This document shows positions 62,768-64,000 of a stretch of 64,000 bases of DNA, piece after piece. The stretch lies in NCBI GenBank assembly GCA_012729055.1, contig JAAYDW010000037.1:55028-119027 (forward strand). Reading direction: 5' to 3'. A model generated the notes under the pieces. The model was not told the origin of the DNA and did no database searches. It saw only the letters and a program-made list of their open reading frames with translations. Position numbers and translations under genes: made by a program. The stretch's first letter is position 1. Each line of letters starts with the position of its first letter. This DNA is from Deltaproteobacteria bacterium (GTDB lineage Bacteria; Desulfobacterota; Syntrophia; Syntrophales; Smithellaceae).

Positions 62768-64000
62768 ATGCAAATTCTGCGCGTATCACTAGCCGACCAC
62801 AAAGTCTCTTTCGAACCGCTTCCATCGCCCTGGACCTCTCTGGGCGGCAGCGCTTTGATCGCTAAACTCCTCAACCGGGAAGTCCCGCCGCAGTGCGATC
62901 CGCTGGGTCCCGAAAACAAGTTCATCGTCGCGTGCGGTCCGCTGGCCGGCACGCGCGCGCCGCAGCTGGGACGCATGTCCGTCGGCGCGAAAAGTCCGCT
63001 CACCCAGGGCATCAAGGAAGCCAACTCGGGCGGCCCCGCCGGTCAGTATCTGGATCGTCTGGGATTGCGCGCCATCGTGTTCGAAGGGTTGCCGCAGGAC
63101 GGAAAACTGCGCGTGCTCGTGGTGACGAAGGACGGGGCAAAGCTGGTCCCGGCGGAAGAATACCGCGGGCTCAAAAATTACGACCTCGTTTCCGCCATCC
63201 ACAAACAGTATTCCGACAAAGTCGCCGTCATTTCCACGGGGCTTGCCGGAGAACGCCAGTACAAGGGAGCGTCCGTATCGCTGACCGACATTTTCGGCGA
63301 TCCCTCGCGCAACGCCGCCCGCGGCGGCCTGGGCGCGGTGATGGGCTCCAAAGGCCTCAAAGCCATCATTCTGGACCCGACCGGAACCGGGCAGGTGGCG
63401 CTGGCCGATCCGGACGCCTTCCGCAAAATCGTCCGCGACTGGGCGGAAGTGATGAAGCACGACGTCACCATCAGTCTTTACACGCGTTTCGGCACGCCGT
63501 TTGCGATCAACAACTCCGCAGGGCACGGCACCCTTCCAGCCATGAACTACCGCTCCGGACGCCCCGACAATTTCACAGCCGTCAGCGGCAACAACATCCA
63601 GAAGATCCTGTTCGAGCGCGGCGGAAAAATGCACGGCTGCATGCCCGGCTGTCTGGTTCAGTGCTCGATCATCTATCCGGACAAGGACGGCAAAAAGATC
63701 TGCGCGGCGTATGAATACGAGACGATCGCTCTTCTGGGAACCAACCTGGGCATCACCGACAACGACGCCATCGCCCGGCTGAAGTTCCTGTGCGACGACA
63801 TCGGCCTCGACGGCATCGAAGCGGGCAGCGCCCTGGGCGTCGCGGCCGAAGCGGGCAAAATGAACTGGGGCGACGCCCAGGGCGCGGAAAGCCTGCTTTT
63901 GGAAATCGAAAAGGAAACGCCGCTCGGCTTCGCGCTCGGCAACGGCGTCGTGACAACGGCCCGTTTCCTCAACGTGGAACGCATTCCCGCCTTCAAGGGC
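62768..64000 (+). CDS. aor: Aldehyde:ferredoxin oxidoreductase family (tungsto/molybdopterin) protein, 3' end outside the window
   Basis: This gene is absent from the ORF track because there is no stop in the window. My own translation from ATG 62768 gives MQILRVSLADHKVSFEPLP...DPLGPENKFIVACGPLAGTRAPQLGRMSVGAKSPLTQGIKEANSGG, the typical AOR N-terminal domain. Later comes the Cys cluster GCMPGCLVQC. The frame is open for 411 codons to position 64000. Confidence 0.85.
   Translation, partial: MQILRVSLADHKVSFEPLPSPWTSLGGSALIAKLLNREVPPQCDPLGPENKFIVACGPLAGTRAPQLGRMSVGAKSPLTQGIKEANSGGPAGQYLDRLGLRAIVFEGLPQDGKLRVLVVTKDGAKLVPAEEYRGLKNYDLVSAIHKQYSDKVAVISTGLAGERQYKGASVSLTDIFGDPSRNAARGGLGAVMGSKGLKAIILDPTGTGQVALADPDAFRKIVRDWAEVMKHDVTISLYTRFGTPFAINNSAGHGTLPAMNYRSGRPDNFTAVSGNNIQKILFERGGKMHGCMPGCLVQCSIIYPDKDGKKICAAYEYETIALLGTNLGITDNDAIARLKFLCDDIGLDGIEAGSALGVAAEAGKMNWGDAQGAESLLLEIEKETPLGFALGNGVVTTARFLNVERIPAFKG

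Noticed and set aside
1-64000. A search for CRISPR arrays, tRNA/rRNA genes, long tandem repeats and prophage or defence-system gene sets.
   Set aside because: I saw no regularly spaced direct repeats, no tRNA-like cloverleaf candidates and no recognisable defence or phage genes. The only toxin-like module is barnase/barstar. A tRNAscan, Infernal or CRISPR-finder run would be needed to exclude them formally.

Overview
All calls come from reading the supplied translations and the raw sequence by eye. No database search or computation was run. The window is a densely coding, GC-rich bacterial chromosome segment. Its gene content resembles an anaerobic, deltaproteobacterium-like fatty-acid or aromatic-acid degrader; that taxonomic guess is inference only. 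I support about 49 CDS and found no rRNA, tRNA or CRISPR array. Most of the six-frame ORF track is antisense noise typical of GC-rich DNA. (1) Positions 151-20874 hold a sigma-54 regulon. It comprises a GAF/PAS histidine kinase and an NtrC-type activator; a roughly 15-kb minus-strand acyl-CoA cluster (two acyl-CoA dehydrogenases, two thiolases, a family-III CoA-transferase, an acetyl-CoA hydrolase/transferase-family enzyme, an enoyl-CoA hydratase, a TRAP transporter and an AMP-forming ligase); and a divergent hydroxyacyl-CoA dehydrogenase/SDR pair. Three near-consensus -24/-12 promoters drive it, and two of them share a conserved 39-bp upstream element. (2) NrdJ follows, with tandem NrdR-like boxes upstream and a secreted barnase/barstar pair downstream. 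(3) A second acyl-CoA block contains an alpha/beta-hydrolase gene bracketed by inverted copies of a 47-bp nested palindrome. It also contains a fusion of a degenerate CoA-transferase domain to a Pat-type GNAT. (4) A 1264-aa multi-PAS hybrid kinase has a receiver domain with Glu where the phospho-accepting Asp is expected. (5) Next come a two-subunit biotin carboxylase with a divergent TIM-barrel carboxyltransferase, then CstA, an NMO-family flavoenzyme and a crotonase. (6) An AT-richer IS5-family insertion follows. (7) A Liv-type ABC operon has two translationally coupled family-III CoA-transferase genes embedded in it. (8) A YedE/TusA-like/cysteine-desulfurase-like/DUF3343 sulfur-or-selenium module follows. 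(9) The window ends with a long-chain acyl-CoA synthetase and a thiolase/4-hydroxybutyryl-CoA dehydratase/aldehyde:ferredoxin oxidoreductase cluster that runs off the right edge. The items most worth follow-up are the sigma-54 circuit with its shared UAS, the CoA-transferase-GNAT fusion, the ABC-plus-CoA-transferase operon, and the palindrome-bracketed hydrolase cassette.
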